Source of the DNA: Candidatus Woesearchaeota archaeon
GTDB lineage: Archaea > Nanobdellota > Nanobdellia > Pacearchaeales > GW2011-AR1
Reading direction: 5' to 3'
Assembly (NCBI GenBank): GCA_964612895.1
Contig: CAZTFL010000001.1
Span: forward strand, 265,043-329,042
DNA: 64,000 nucleotides
This document shows, piece after piece, positions 37,674 to 48,607 of this stretch. Position 1 is the first letter of the stretch, and each line of letters opens with the position of its first letter. The position numbers were made by a program, and so were the translations under genes. Under the pieces are notes generated by a model that was not told the DNA's origin, did not search any database, and was given only the letters and a program-made list of their open reading frames with translations.

Positions 37674-38423
37674 ATGGTAGAAAGTATAAAAAAGTTAGAT
37701 GATTTGAAAGGACAATTAATTAAATATTCCGAATTAGAACGAAGTCCTGACACCCAAAATTATTTGGAAACTTCAAAAAAGATAAAAAAATCTTATCCAA
37801 AAGGAATAAGCATAGAGGCATTAGAATCTTTAGAAGAACAAGCTGGATTGTCTTATAAGATAGGACAGAATGATTTTTCTAAAATGCAACAAATTTGGAC
37901 AAATATGACAGATTATCTTAAAGATTCAAAGAAATTTGATAGCTCTCTTAAATCTTTTTATGAACCAAAAGATTTAGTGAGTATAACATTAAGTATTGAT
38001 AAATGTGAATTAGCTAAACAAATAAGAACGGAAACAAAGACTTTACAAAATTTTTTTGAGAATGGCAGTGTTGTAGAACAAGATTCTATGAAACAATTAA
38101 TTATAAATAAATATACAAGTGGAGACGAGAATGAGATTCTTTTGAGATATGCTATTAATAATGTTAAAAATCCTACTAAACTTGCTCAAGTTGTACAAAA
38201 AATAATAAATGAAGATACAAATAATTATACAAAACAAAATGAATTTTTATATAATGAAAATATAAAGACAAAAAATGGTAAAAAAATAATTCACAAAAAG
38301 GGAGATTATAACGCCGATAAAATAATAAAATATATTGATAAAAATATCTTTGAAGGTAAATATGACTCTCAAAAGGCTAGTGAATTCTTAATAGGCTATT
38401 CTCAATATATAAAGAAAAAATAA
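37674..38423 (+). CDS. Hypothetical protein
   Basis: 249-aa ORF with no motif recognised. Confidence 0.4.
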   Translation: MVESIKKLDDLKGQLIKYSELERSPDTQNYLETSKKIKKSYPKGISIEALESLEEQAGLSYKIGQNDFSKMQQIWTNMTDYLKDSKKFDSSLKSFYEPKDLVSITLSIDKCELAKQIRTETKTLQNFFENGSVVEQDSMKQLIINKYTSGDENEILLRYAINNVKNPTKLAQVVQKIINEDTNNYTKQNEFLYNENIKTKNGKKIIHKKGDYNADKIIKYIDKNIFEGKYDSQKASEFLIGYSQYIKKK

Positions 38424-38430
38424 TAAAATA

Positions 38431-38513
38431 TGTGGAAGGGAGGATTCGAACCCCCGTAGGCATAAGCCACTGGATCTTAAGTCCAGCCCGTTTGGCCACT
38501 CCGGCACCTCCAC
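38431..38513 (-). tRNA. tRNA-Leu (anticodon TAA), class II with a long variable arm. CCA is not encoded.
   Basis: Hand-folded. Acceptor GTGGAGG pairs with CTTCCAC. D-stem is 3 bp. Anticodon stem CTGGA pairs with TCCAG, with loop CTTAAGA. Variable-arm hairpin TGGCTTATGCC. T-stem GGGGG pairs with CCTCC, with loop TTCGAAT. Discriminator is A. Total 83 nt. Confidence 0.8.
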
Positions 38514-38596
38514 ATGTATTAAAAAAAGAATAATTCCTTATAAATTTATTGATAAAATACCAAAGCAATTAAAAATGTTAATTTATTGTTATTTCT

Positions 38597-39955
38597 ATGA
38601 AATTTAATTCAATAGAAGACAAAGTTAGTGCTATAAAAAATCAAAAATTTTCTGCTTTTAAAAATACTATATCATTTTTGAAAGAAATAAATTCTTCTAG
38701 AATAAAAGATATGAATATTTTATTAAATATTAACGAAGATGCAATTCATCAGGCAGAGAATATTGATTTGAAAATAAAAGAAAATAAATCTGTAGGAAAG
38801 TTAGCAGGTATTTGTTTTATTGTAAAAGCTTGTATTTCTGTAAAAGGAATGGAAACTAATTGTGCGAGTAGAGTTTTGGAAGGATATATTTCGCCCTATA
38901 ATGCTAGTGTTGTAAATAAATTATTATCAGAAGATGCAATTATTTTGGGAATCGCAAATATGGATGAATTTGCTTGTGGTTGGAGTGGTGAAACTTCTGC
39001 TTATGGACCAACGAAAAATCCAAGAAATATAAAATTAGTAACTGGTGGTTCTTCTTCAGGTTCTGCTGCTTCTGTTGCTGCTGATATTTGTGATTTTTCT
39101 TTAGGAAGCGATACAGGTGGTTCTGTAAGAGTTCCTGCAAGTAATTGTGGTGTTGTTGGTTTAAAACCTAGTTATGGAGCAGTAAGCCGTTATGGATTAA
39201 TTGATATGTGTATGAGTTTTGATAGTATAGGACCAATAACAAAAAATGTGAAAGATTGTGAGTTAATTTTTAATATAATCCGTGGTAAGGATAATCTTGA
39301 TTGTACAACTTATGAAAAAGAAAATAACTTTGAATCAAAGAAAATTATAGGACTTGTTGATGTTGATGGTTTTTGTGATAAAGAAATTTCTGATAAAATA
39401 ATAAATATTACAAAAATTTTTTCTGATAAATACAAATACAAAATTAAATCTATAAAATTACCATTAGATATTTCTGTAGAGACTTATTTTATAATTGTTT
39501 ATTCTGAATTTTTTTCTGCAACAAGAAAATTTGACGGAAGAAGATTTGGTAAAAATATTGAAAATTTTGCTGGGCCCGAAGTTATTAGAAGAATATTGGG
39601 AGGAAAAGAAATTACAAAAGCAGAATTTTCTGGAAGATATTATAAAAAGGCTTTGATGGCAAGAGAAAAAATAAAAAAAGATTTTGAAGAAATTTTTAAG
39701 AATATAGATTTTTTAATTTTACCTACAACTCCTAGAACAGCCCATGAAATAGGAGAAAAAGTTAGTTTAAAAGAATTAATGAGTTATGATAAATTAACTT
39801 GTTTGGTAAATATTGCTGGTCTCCCAGCGATTAGTATTCCAGGACTTAAAAAAAATAAATCTGATTTTGGAATTCAATTAATTACAAATAAATTCAACGA
39901 AAAAGAAATATTTGGTATATCAAAAAAAATGGAGAAATTATTAGAAAATGAATAA
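38597..39955 (+). CDS. Amidase-signature enzyme, GatA-like (Glu/Asp-tRNA amidotransferase subunit A-like)
   Basis: GGSSSGSAASVAA and GSDTGGSVRVPAS are the amidase-signature Ser-cisSer-Lys family motifs. 452 aa. No gatB/gatC in the window. Confidence 0.65.
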   Translation: MKFNSIEDKVSAIKNQKFSAFKNTISFLKEINSSRIKDMNILLNINEDAIHQAENIDLKIKENKSVGKLAGICFIVKACISVKGMETNCASRVLEGYISPYNASVVNKLLSEDAIILGIANMDEFACGWSGETSAYGPTKNPRNIKLVTGGSSSGSAASVAADICDFSLGSDTGGSVRVPASNCGVVGLKPSYGAVSRYGLIDMCMSFDSIGPITKNVKDCELIFNIIRGKDNLDCTTYEKENNFESKKIIGLVDVDGFCDKEISDKIINITKIFSDKYKYKIKSIKLPLDISVETYFIIVYSEFFSATRKFDGRRFGKNIENFAGPEVIRRILGGKEITKAEFSGRYYKKALMAREKIKKDFEEIFKNIDFLILPTTPRTAHEIGEKVSLKELMSYDKLTCLVNIAGLPAISIPGLKKNKSDFGIQLITNKFNEKEIFGISKKMEKLLENE

Positions 39956-40955
39956 AAAAAATAATGCTAAAAAATTTTTGAATCATATAAAAAACTACGA
40001 TAATATTCTTATTATTCATCATACAGATTTAGATGGAATTGCGTCTGGAATTTTGCTTTATGATTATTGTAAAAAAAAAACAAATTCTGTTTCCGAATTA
40101 GCATATGATCATGGAGATAAATTTAATTTTAAAAAAAATAAATATTTTGATAAAGTTATTTTTGTAGACTTAGCAGATAACAGTGTTATACATATAATAA
40201 AATATTTCTTAAAACAAAATAAAGAAATATTATTTATTGACCATCATCCAAAAAATTTAGAATTACCTAAGGAAACAATTATTTATTATAATAAAAATAA
40301 AAAATACTATCCTTGTAGTAGAATGGTTCAAGAAATTACTAATGATAAATTATGGCTTGGAGTTGCTGGAACTCTTTCTGATTACGGAAATAAGTACAAA
40401 GAAAATAACAGATATATTAATGATTTTTTAAAATCTGAAAAAATTGAATTAGATTGGTTTTTAAAAAATGTAGTTTTTACTCTTTCTAATTCTATAAGTT
40501 ATTTTAATAAAAAATATAAAAAAATATTTAATTTAATAAAAAATGTAAATGATTTCAGAGATTTAAAGAAATTTAATACATATTCAATAAAAATAGAAAA
40601 AGAAATTAATAAAATATATAAAAAATATCCCAAAGAAAAAGAAAATATAGGAATTTTTAAATATTTTTTTATAAAAACAAAATATCCTATAAAAGGAATT
40701 GTTATATCAAAATTATCTTCAGAATTTCCATCTGAAATATTTATTTTCTTAGGACCTAATTTTAGAGATAAAAATAAATTATTTGTTTCATCTAGAACAC
40801 AAAATGATAATATTAATTTATCTAAAATACTACAAAAGTGTATTAATGATTTTGAAGATTCTTCTTATGGAGGACATAAAAGAGCATCTGGAGGATATTT
40901 CCCAAAAAAATATTTATCTGAATTTAAAAATAGACTTAAAAGAATAAAAATATAA
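39948..40955 (+). CDS. DHH-family phosphoesterase (NrnA/RecJ-like)
   Basis: The motifs are IIHHTDLDGIASG, FVDLADN and IDHHP (DHH). It overlaps the amidase gene by 8 nt. Confidence 0.55.
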   Translation: MNKKNNAKKFLNHIKNYDNILIIHHTDLDGIASGILLYDYCKKKTNSVSELAYDHGDKFNFKKNKYFDKVIFVDLADNSVIHIIKYFLKQNKEILFIDHHPKNLELPKETIIYYNKNKKYYPCSRMVQEITNDKLWLGVAGTLSDYGNKYKENNRYINDFLKSEKIELDWFLKNVVFTLSNSISYFNKKYKKIFNLIKNVNDFRDLKKFNTYSIKIEKEINKIYKKYPKEKENIGIFKYFFIKTKYPIKGIVISKLSSEFPSEIFIFLGPNFRDKNKLFVSSRTQNDNINLSKILQKCINDFEDSSYGGHKRASGGYFPKKYLSEFKNRLKRIKI

Positions 40956-41187
40956 ATTTTAATTTAATATCTAAAAATACATATTATTTTATAATTCAAA
41001 CTCTTAATTCTTGTATAAAAAAGAAATACATTACATAAAAAAATATCTTAGTCATATTGAAAAATTAATAACTTAAACAGAATTCTGTTTATAATAATTT
41101 TGTTCATTTTACGACGATAAAACAATAAAATATAACACAAATATTTATAAAGGTTCTTTAACTTTTTAAGTTGAATTTGAGGTAAAA

Positions 41188-43089
41188 ATGGTTGATAATA
41201 GTTATTCTTCAGAAAATATTAAAGTATTAGAAGGTTTAGAAGCTGTAAGAAAAAGACCAGGTATGTATATTGGTTCTACAGATAAACCTGGATTGCATCA
41301 TTTAGTTTGGGAAGTCGTTGATAATTCTGTTGATGAACATATGATTGGATTTGGAAATACAATTTATGTAACAATAAATAAAGATGGTTCTGTTACTGTT
41401 GAAGATAATGGTAGAGGAATGCCTGTAGATATGCATCCTGTATATAAAAAATCAGCTATGGAAATTATTGTAACTAAATTACATGCTGGTGGTAAATTTG
41501 ATGGTAAAGCGTATGCCGTAAGTGGAGGACTTCATGGAGTTGGAATATCAGTTGTTGCTGCATTATCAAAATTAATGACAGTAGAAGTTAGAAAAGATGG
41601 AAAAATTTATACACAATCATATAATATAGGAAAACCTACTTGTGAAGTTCATGAAATTGGAAGTTTTAGTGATGGTCCAAATGGAACTAAAGTTACTTTT
41701 TTACCAGATGAAGAAATATTTATTTCAACAGAATTCGAATATAAAACACTAGCAACTCGTTTTAGAGAAATGTGTTTCTTAAATGCTGGACTAAAAATAA
41801 TTCTTAAAGATCAAAGAGGAGATTCTGAAAAGAAAGATGAATTTCATTATGAAGGAGGTTTACAAGAATTTGTTAAATTCTTAAATAAAACAAGAAATCC
41901 TATTCACCAAAAGGTTATTTCTTTTAAAAAACAAGAAGAAAAAACTATTGTAGAAATAGCTATCCAATATACCGATTCGTATAATGAGAATATCCAAAGT
42001 TTTGTTAATACTATAAATACTATTGAAGGAGGTACTCATGTTTTTGGATTTAAAAGTGCTTTAACAAAAGTCATAAATGATTATGGATTAAAATGTGGAT
42101 TATTAAAAAAAGATCAAAAATTATCTGGAGATGATGTTAGAGAGGGAATAACTGCTATTATTTCATTAAAGTTAGCAGAACCACAATTTGAAGGACAGAC
42201 TAAAACAAAATTAGGGAATGGTGAAGTTAGAGGAATTACTGAATCTATTACTTCTGCATCACTTTCAGATTTTTTTGAAGAAAACCCTACTGTTGCAAAA
42301 AGTATAATTGTTAAATGTATGAGTGCGTTAAAAGCTAGAGAAGCAGCTAAACGAGCAAAAGATTTAGTTAGAAGGAAAAATGCATTGACATCAAGTGGTC
42401 TACCTGGGAAATTGGCTGATTGTTCTTCAAAAAAAACTGAGGATACAGAATTATATATTGTAGAAGGAGATTCTGCTGGAGGAACCGCAAAATCTGGAAG
42501 AGATAGAGAAACACAAGCAATTTTACCTTTAAGAGGAAAAATACTTAATGTGGAAAAGAGCTCACCATCAAAAGCACTTGAAAGTGAAATGATTTCTAAT
42601 TTGGTTACTGCGATAGGAACAAGTGTTGGAGAACATTTTGATATCTCAAAAATAAGATATGGAAAAATAATTATAATGACAGATGCTGATGTAGATGGTG
42701 CACACATAAAAACACTTTTGTTGACATTCTTTTTTAGATATACTCCTAAATTAATCGAGAGTGGGAAAATTTTTGTAGCTGTTGCACCTTTATATTCTAT
42801 TAAGAAAGGGAATAAAATTAATTATATATATACAACTGAAGAATTAAAATCTATAAAAAAAGATATTGGAGAAAAAACTGAAATTGGAAGATTTAAAGGA
42901 TTAGGAGAAATGAATGATGAACAATTATGGGATACTACGATGAATCCAAAAACTAGAAGATTAAAACAAATATCTATTCGGGATGCTATTGAAGCAGATG
43001 AAACATTTTCTTTATTGATGGGAGATGCTGTTGCTCCAAGAAGACAATTTATAGAAGAAAATGCAGATAAAGCGGAGGTTGATTTATAA
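41188..43089 (+). CDS. gyrB: DNA gyrase subunit B
   Basis: The GHKL ATPase motifs are HHLVWEVVDNSVDE and GGLHGVG. The Toprim motifs are EGDSAGG and PLRGKILNVE. The protein is 633 aa. Confidence 0.9.
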   Translation: MVDNSYSSENIKVLEGLEAVRKRPGMYIGSTDKPGLHHLVWEVVDNSVDEHMIGFGNTIYVTINKDGSVTVEDNGRGMPVDMHPVYKKSAMEIIVTKLHAGGKFDGKAYAVSGGLHGVGISVVAALSKLMTVEVRKDGKIYTQSYNIGKPTCEVHEIGSFSDGPNGTKVTFLPDEEIFISTEFEYKTLATRFREMCFLNAGLKIILKDQRGDSEKKDEFHYEGGLQEFVKFLNKTRNPIHQKVISFKKQEEKTIVEIAIQYTDSYNENIQSFVNTINTIEGGTHVFGFKSALTKVINDYGLKCGLLKKDQKLSGDDVREGITAIISLKLAEPQFEGQTKTKLGNGEVRGITESITSASLSDFFEENPTVAKSIIVKCMSALKAREAAKRAKDLVRRKNALTSSGLPGKLADCSSKKTEDTELYIVEGDSAGGTAKSGRDRETQAILPLRGKILNVEKSSPSKALESEMISNLVTAIGTSVGEHFDISKIRYGKIIIMTDADVDGAHIKTLLLTFFFRYTPKLIESGKIFVAVAPLYSIKKGNKINYIYTTEELKSIKKDIGEKTEIGRFKGLGEMNDEQLWDTTMNPKTRRLKQISIRDAIEADETFSLLMGDAVAPRRQFIEENADKAEVDL

Positions 43090-43343
43090 TGAAGAAAGAA
43101 AACAATTCTTGTGAGTTGTGCGGAGAAGAACATGTTTGTGATTGTAATAATGAGAAACCAATTAAAGTAAAATTTTGTCCTCAATGTAAAAGTACTGACG
43201 TGAAGTTCGTTTTTGAATTACAAAATTTATTTGGATTAGTTCCAAGGATAAGATGTAATAAATGTTTAAACCAATCAAATGATTTTCCAATATTAATTAC
43301 TAGTAAAAAAGAATTAAATAATAAGAGGAAAAAGAATGGATGA
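43089..43343 (+). CDS. Small multi-CxxC zinc-ribbon protein encoded between gyrB and gyrA
   Basis: [12 protein letters not shown], then CPQCKS, then CNKC. It overlaps the gyrB stop by 1 nt and the gyrA start by 8 nt. Confidence 0.45.
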   Translation: MKKENNSCELCGEEHVCDCNNEKPIKVKFCPQCKSTDVKFVFELQNLFGLVPRIRCNKCLNQSNDFPILITSKKELNNKRKKNG

Positions 43344-45996
43344 TGATATTCCCGAGGAAACAAAAAAAGTATTAGATGAACTGATGAAGGAGAAAGAATC
43401 TTCTAATGGAAAAGTTATCGAATTAGTTGGAGTTGAAAATATAGATAATTTAGATGCTGCTGAAGAAGAACAAAAATTATTTCAAAAAGAAAAAAAAGAA
43501 CTCTTAAAGAATATTAATGCTAAAGAATTATTGGACGTAGAGATTTCTCCTGAAATGAGACAGGCTTATTTGGATTATGCAATGAGTGTTATAATTGGAA
43601 GAGCATTGCCTAGTGCTGAAGATGGACTTAAACCTGTACATAGAAGAATTTTATGGGCGATGCATCAAATGGGATTAGAATATAATAAACAGACAAAAAA
43701 ATCTGCCCGTATAGTAGGAGATACTATGGGAAAATATCATCCGCACGGGGACGCTGCTATTTATGAATCTATGGTTCGTATGGCACAAACTTGGTCTATG
43801 AGATATCCTTTGGTTCTTGGACAAGGTAATTTTGGTTCTATGGATGGTGATGGAGCTGCAGCTATGAGGTATACTGAAGCTAAAATGCAAAAGATTAGTG
43901 AAGAATTATTAGATTCAATAGAAAAAAATACTGTTGATATGAGACTTAATTTTGATAATACTTTAGAGGAACCTATTTTAATGCCAGCAAAAATTCCTAA
44001 TTTATTATTGAATGGAGCAAATGGTATCGCGGTTGGTATGGCTACAAATATTCCAACACATAATTTGGTAAATGTTTGCGATTCTATATTACATTATATT
44101 GATAACCCTAATTGTGAGATAAAGGAATTAATTTCAAAGATTAGAGGACCTGATTTCCCAACTGGTGGAATTATTAGCGGACAAATAAAACAAATATATG
44201 AAACCGGTAAAGGAAGAATTGTTATTGATGGAAAAGTTGATGTAGAAGAGTCTACAAAAAAGACAGATAAATTAAAAATTATTATAAGTGAAATTCCTTA
44301 TCAAGTTAATAAAGCAGATTTAGTTGAACAAATTGCTAATCTTGTAAGAGATAAAAAATTGCCAGATGTCTCTGATATTCGTGATGAATCCAGTAAAGGG
44401 AAAATAAGAATTGTTGTAGAAATGAGAAAAGATACTGATCCTAAATTTACAATTAATAGAATTTATAAATATACAAATTTGAGAACGAGTTTTAATGCGA
44501 ATATGTTAGCGCTTGTTGGACAAAAACCTTTATTATTAAATTTAAAACAAATAGTTGGTGTTTATGTAACTCATCGTCAGGGTGTTATTAGAAAAGCAAA
44601 AGAATTTGATTTAGATAAAGCACAAAAAAGATTACACATTGTTGACGGACTTTTGATTGCACAAAAAAATATTGATGAGGTTATTAGAATGATTAAATCT
44701 TCAAAATCAAAAAATGATGCAATAGCATCTCTTATTCAAAAATTTGAATTAACTCAGAAACAATCTGAAGCTATATTAGATATGAAATTATCAAATCTTA
44801 CTTCTCTAGAATTAGATAAGCTTATTAGTGAATCTGAAGATTTGATAAAATTAATTGCTCAATTAAAAAAGATTCTTGGAGATGAAAAGGAAGTATTAGA
44901 TATAATAAAAAATGATTTGATAGAATTAAAACAAAAATATGGCGATAAGAGAAGAACAAAAATTATTGGAGAAGTTGGAGATTTCTCGGAGGAAGATTTG
45001 GTTGATAAAAAAGATGTAATTGTAACTATTACTGATAAGGGTTATATAAAAAGAATTGATGTTGATGATTATAAAGAACAAAAAAGAGGTGGGAAAGGTG
45101 TAATTGGTTCAGATTTAAGTGAGGATGATTTTGTTTCTGAGTTAATAACTTGTTCTACTCACGACTATTTATTGTTTTTTACAGACAAGGGAAAAGTTCA
45201 TTGGCTTAAGGCATATGAAGTTCCGTCAAGTTCTAAAAATTCTAAAGGTAGAGCTATAATTAATATTTTAGATTTAAAGGATGAAAGTATAGCAAGTGTT
45301 ATTGCTGTAAAAAAATTTGAGAATTATTTAATGATGGCAACGGAAAAGGGTATTGTAAAAAAAATAGAATTATCAGCTTTTGATTCTCCTAGAAAAGGCG
45401 GAATTAAGGCAATAAAACTTGCTGAAACTAATGATACATTAATAGATGTAAAAGAAATAAAAGATAAACAAGAATTATTATTAGTAACAAAAGATGGACA
45501 AGCTATCAGATTTAATAGTGACGAGATTCGTTCTATGGGTAGAGCAAGTTACGGAGTTGCTGGAATAAAATTAAATAAAAGCGATAAAGTTGTTAGTTTA
45601 GAAGTTTTACCTTTAACAGAAGGAGAGATGTTCTCTATTTTAACTGTTACGAAGAATGGTTATGGGAAGAGAAGTGAAATTGAAGATTATAGATTAACAG
45701 GTAGGGCTGGAAAGGGTGTTATAAATATGAAAGTTACTGATAAGACTGGAGAAATTATTAAATCTACTAGTGTAAGTAATGAAGATGGCGTTATTATTAC
45801 AACAACAAAAGGAATTGTTATAAGAATTTCTTTAGATAATATTCGTGTTATGGGTAGAGCAACTCAAGGAGTTAAAATAATTAATTTATCTAATGATGAT
45901 AATGTTAGTGATATTGTTAGAATTCCAAAAGATGATGTGATAATTGAAGACGATAATATAAATAAAATTGAAAACCAAAGTATTTTAGATATTTAA
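43336..45996 (+). CDS. gyrA: DNA gyrase subunit A
   Basis: The active-site region reads AAAMRYTEA. The GyrA-box-like segment is [10 protein letters not shown]. There are C-terminal beta-pinwheel repeats. The protein is 886 aa. Confidence 0.9.
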   Translation: MDDDIPEETKKVLDELMKEKESSNGKVIELVGVENIDNLDAAEEEQKLFQKEKKELLKNINAKELLDVEISPEMRQAYLDYAMSVIIGRALPSAEDGLKPVHRRILWAMHQMGLEYNKQTKKSARIVGDTMGKYHPHGDAAIYESMVRMAQTWSMRYPLVLGQGNFGSMDGDGAAAMRYTEAKMQKISEELLDSIEKNTVDMRLNFDNTLEEPILMPAKIPNLLLNGANGIAVGMATNIPTHNLVNVCDSILHYIDNPNCEIKELISKIRGPDFPTGGIISGQIKQIYETGKGRIVIDGKVDVEESTKKTDKLKIIISEIPYQVNKADLVEQIANLVRDKKLPDVSDIRDESSKGKIRIVVEMRKDTDPKFTINRIYKYTNLRTSFNANMLALVGQKPLLLNLKQIVGVYVTHRQGVIRKAKEFDLDKAQKRLHIVDGLLIAQKNIDEVIRMIKSSKSKNDAIASLIQKFELTQKQSEAILDMKLSNLTSLELDKLISESEDLIKLIAQLKKILGDEKEVLDIIKNDLIELKQKYGDKRRTKIIGEVGDFSEEDLVDKKDVIVTITDKGYIKRIDVDDYKEQKRGGKGVIGSDLSEDDFVSELITCSTHDYLLFFTDKGKVHWLKAYEVPSSSKNSKGRAIINILDLKDESIASVIAVKKFENYLMMATEKGIVKKIELSAFDSPRKGGIKAIKLAETNDTLIDVKEIKDKQELLLVTKDGQAIRFNSDEIRSMGRASYGVAGIKLNKSDKVVSLEVLPLTEGEMFSILTVTKNGYGKRSEIEDYRLTGRAGKGVINMKVTDKTGEIIKSTSVSNEDGVIITTTKGIVIRISLDNIRVMGRATQGVKIINLSNDDNVSDIVRIPKDDVIIEDDNINKIENQSILDI

Positions 45997-46316
45997 TTTA
46001 ATTTTACCGCTGTTCCATAAGCTAACATTTCCGCTGCACCTTGCATCACAACTGAAGTAGAAAATCTTATTCCTATTACTGCGTCTGCTTTTAATTCTAC
46101 GGCTTGATTTACCATTCTATTAAAAGCTTCTTCTCTTGCGAGAATTGTCATATCTGTATAAGATTTTACCTCTCCACCTATTATATTTTTAAAACTAGCC
46201 ATAATATCAACTCCTATATTTTTTACTCTAATAGTATTTCCTTTGACCACACCTAAAATTTCTTTAATCTTTTTCCCAGGTATTTCATTTGTAGTAGTTG
46301 TTATTATTTCTTTCAT
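45993..46316 (-). CDS. YbjQ/UPF0145-family protein
   Basis: 107 aa with characteristic [25 protein letters not shown] and GTAVKL segments. Confidence 0.65.
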   Translation of the reverse strand: MKEIITTTTNEIPGKKIKEILGVVKGNTIRVKNIGVDIMASFKNIIGGEVKSYTDMTILAREEAFNRMVNQAVELKADAVIGIRFSTSVVMQGAAEMLAYGTAVKLN

Positions 46317-46535
46317 ATTATTTTATATTTTCTTTTTTATTAAATCTTTCCTTTCTTCTATTGTATTTTCTTTTTTAGTAAAAAATAAAAGTAATATTCC
46401 AATAATAAATAAGGGTATTGTCACCCATTTTTTGAAAAATAATCCAATTATCCCTGTAAATAAAAATAAAAGTCCAAAAAAAAATCCAGATTCCATAATG
46501 TTTATGATGTTTTTATATTTTTAATATCTTTTGTT

Positions 46536-46802
46536 TTATTTAATGTCTTTTTCTCCAATATATAATCCACCATATACAGCTCCATAAACAAATGGAAGTG
46601 TTTTATCTACAATTCTCATATTTGTAATATAATTTTTAACTAAATTAAAAATGTTTTCCGAATTTGGATTTGCATAATATTCATTTAGAAATTGAACTCC
46701 ATTAATAACTAAATATGCTCCACCAATCCAAGCAGCCATTGTTAAAATATTAGTTAAATTTTTCTTACCATCATCTTTTGATAAACTTTCTAAATCTTTC
46801 AT
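46536..46802 (-). CDS. Small membrane protein
   Basis: 88 aa with a hydrophobic helix AAWIGGAYLVINGV. Confidence 0.3.
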   Translation of the reverse strand: MKDLESLSKDDGKKNLTNILTMAAWIGGAYLVINGVQFLNEYYANPNSENIFNLVKNYITNMRIVDKTLPFVYGAVYGGLYIGEKDIK

Positions 46803-46859
46803 TAAATATTATGATAACTAATGTTTTTAAGATTTAATATAGTAAAATGAATATTTAAA

Positions 46860-48095
46860 TTATTTTTTTGTAATATATTTCCTTAGAACTAAGAACCATA
46901 GTATATTAACTAATACCAATATTCCTATTACTATTATTAAAATTGTTACAGTATCATTACTTCCTGATGAATTTGATGAACGTTTGTCCGCACTAATTAC
47001 ATATCCTAATCCTAAAACTTTTAATTCATTTGAACTAACTATTAACTCTAAATCATTGTCTATTTTTTTGTTTCCATATTCTAAACTTACTGTTGTATCG
47101 TAACTACCTTCTTTAACACCTGATGTATCCCAATATGAAGATAATATTTGTTTTCCTAATGGTTCTATATCATAATTTGGTGATTTTATACTATCTAATT
47201 TTTTCCCATCTTTACTGTAAATTTCCATAATACTATGAACTCCTATAATTGCTTCACTCCACTTATTTTCTAAAAGCATATTTACTTTTACTATTTCACC
47301 TAAAGAGAATTCGTTTACATATAATTCTTGAAGCTCTATATTTGCCTCTCCAACCGCAAATTCATCTTCTAAATTAATTATTTTGTCGTCGTATATCAAA
47401 GCAACTTTTGCTTTATAATTTCCTATAGGGACAGAAGCTTTCCATTTGTATATTATATCTTTTTTATCTCCTGATGCTATAAAATATTTTTCTGTAAATA
47501 AACTATCTATCTTTTCATTTAATGCACTATAAACATCTATATTTGCATATACGTCTGTTAGATCAAAGTCACCTTTTGAAGCCACTGAAATAATAAATGT
47601 TGCATCCCCATTTGAATCTGCGTTTATTACATTTAATTTTGCTTCGGCGTATTTTCCCGGATATGGGACATAAACATAAACTTGAGTTACTACTGCTAAA
47701 GTCGCTCCAATATAATTCTCTCCTTCTTCTAATTTTGGATTTTCCGTTATGACAATTTCCCCAACTTGAGTCCCTGGAGATAATTGCTCAGGAAGATTTA
47801 GAAAATATGATATTTTTACTTGACTATCTGAAGAACTCATAGATACACTGCTTTTTTCTAAATTTATATAATTCGCTAAATCTCCTCTTGCCGAAATTTT
47901 CAAATTCATATCTTTATTTTCGGAATTTACTATTGTGAATGAGTATGTGTTTGAAGATTTTCCTATATAATCAATTGTATTTCTTGCTGGAGTAACTCCC
48001 AGAGCAGATATTGATGATATAAAAAATATAAAAAAAACTAAAATCAATACATAATGACTGATTCCTGATAGATAATTTTTTACGATTGATTTCAT
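46860..48095 (-). CDS. Cell-surface protein with signal peptide and C-terminal TM anchor
   Basis: N-terminal VLILVFFIFFISSISALG. C-terminal TVTILIIVIGILVLVNILWFLVLRKY. It overlaps the upstream gene by 4 nt. Confidence 0.5.
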   Translation of the reverse strand: MKSIVKNYLSGISHYVLILVFFIFFISSISALGVTPARNTIDYIGKSSNTYSFTIVNSENKDMNLKISARGDLANYINLEKSSVSMSSSDSQVKISYFLNLPEQLSPGTQVGEIVITENPKLEEGENYIGATLAVVTQVYVYVPYPGKYAEAKLNVINADSNGDATFIISVASKGDFDLTDVYANIDVYSALNEKIDSLFTEKYFIASGDKKDIIYKWKASVPIGNYKAKVALIYDDKIINLEDEFAVGEANIELQELYVNEFSLGEIVKVNMLLENKWSEAIIGVHSIMEIYSKDGKKLDSIKSPNYDIEPLGKQILSSYWDTSGVKEGSYDTTVSLEYGNKKIDNDLELIVSSNELKVLGLGYVISADKRSSNSSGSNDTVTILIIVIGILVLVNILWFLVLRKYITKK

Positions 48096-48607
48096 TTTCC
48101 CTGTACTCCTATGTATTTACTTTGTTCTAATAATATTTTTTTATCTGGAGACAAACTTACATTTTCTATAAAATGACTTTCGTTATCGTAAACTTCAACA
48201 TTAAGAATTACACTTCCTGCATTTAGTACATTATAACCATTTTCTCCTTTTACTATATTTAATATAACAGAATCTTTTATCGTTAATGTTCTTATTTCAC
48301 TTTGTGTTATTCCTATAACTTTCCAGTAATATATATTTGGTTCTAATGAAAGTGAAAGATTTTTGTTTAAATCATATTCTTTAGGATTTGTAAAATTCAA
48401 ATCTGTATCAACTATTAATTTGTCTGCGTTTTTTATAGAGAATAAAATGTTTCCACCTAAAGATTCATAGTTATCAATTGGAGCTATTACTAATGGAGTA
48501 GAAATTCCTATAATCCACATTACAGCAAATAAACTCCCAAATATCAAAAAACTATCCATTATTTTAATCATCGGATTCTGACGTCGGACATCGGATTTTC
48601 TTATCAT
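48092..48607 (-). CDS. Hypothetical membrane/exported protein in the surface-protein operon
   Basis: 171 aa with N-terminal hydrophobic segment IFGSLFAVMWIIGISTPLVIA. It overlaps both neighbours by 4 nt. Confidence 0.4.
   Translation of the reverse strand: MIRKSDVRRQNPMIKIMDSFLIFGSLFAVMWIIGISTPLVIAPIDNYESLGGNILFSIKNADKLIVDTDLNFTNPKEYDLNKNLSLSLEPNIYYWKVIGITQSEIRTLTIKDSVILNIVKGENGYNVLNAGSVILNVEVYDNESHFIENVSLSPDKKILLEQSKYIGVQGK

Noticed and set aside
38377-38568. 63-aa minus-strand ORF from the track
   Set aside because: It lies entirely across the hand-folded tRNA-Leu(TAA) gene at 38431-38513, so it is a spurious ORF.
42114-43184. Antisense ORFs at 42114-42707 and 42822-43184 inside gyrB
   Set aside because: They are fully embedded antisense to a highly conserved gyrB coding region. 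They have Ser/Ile/Phe-rich low-complexity translations typical of AT-rich antisense frames.
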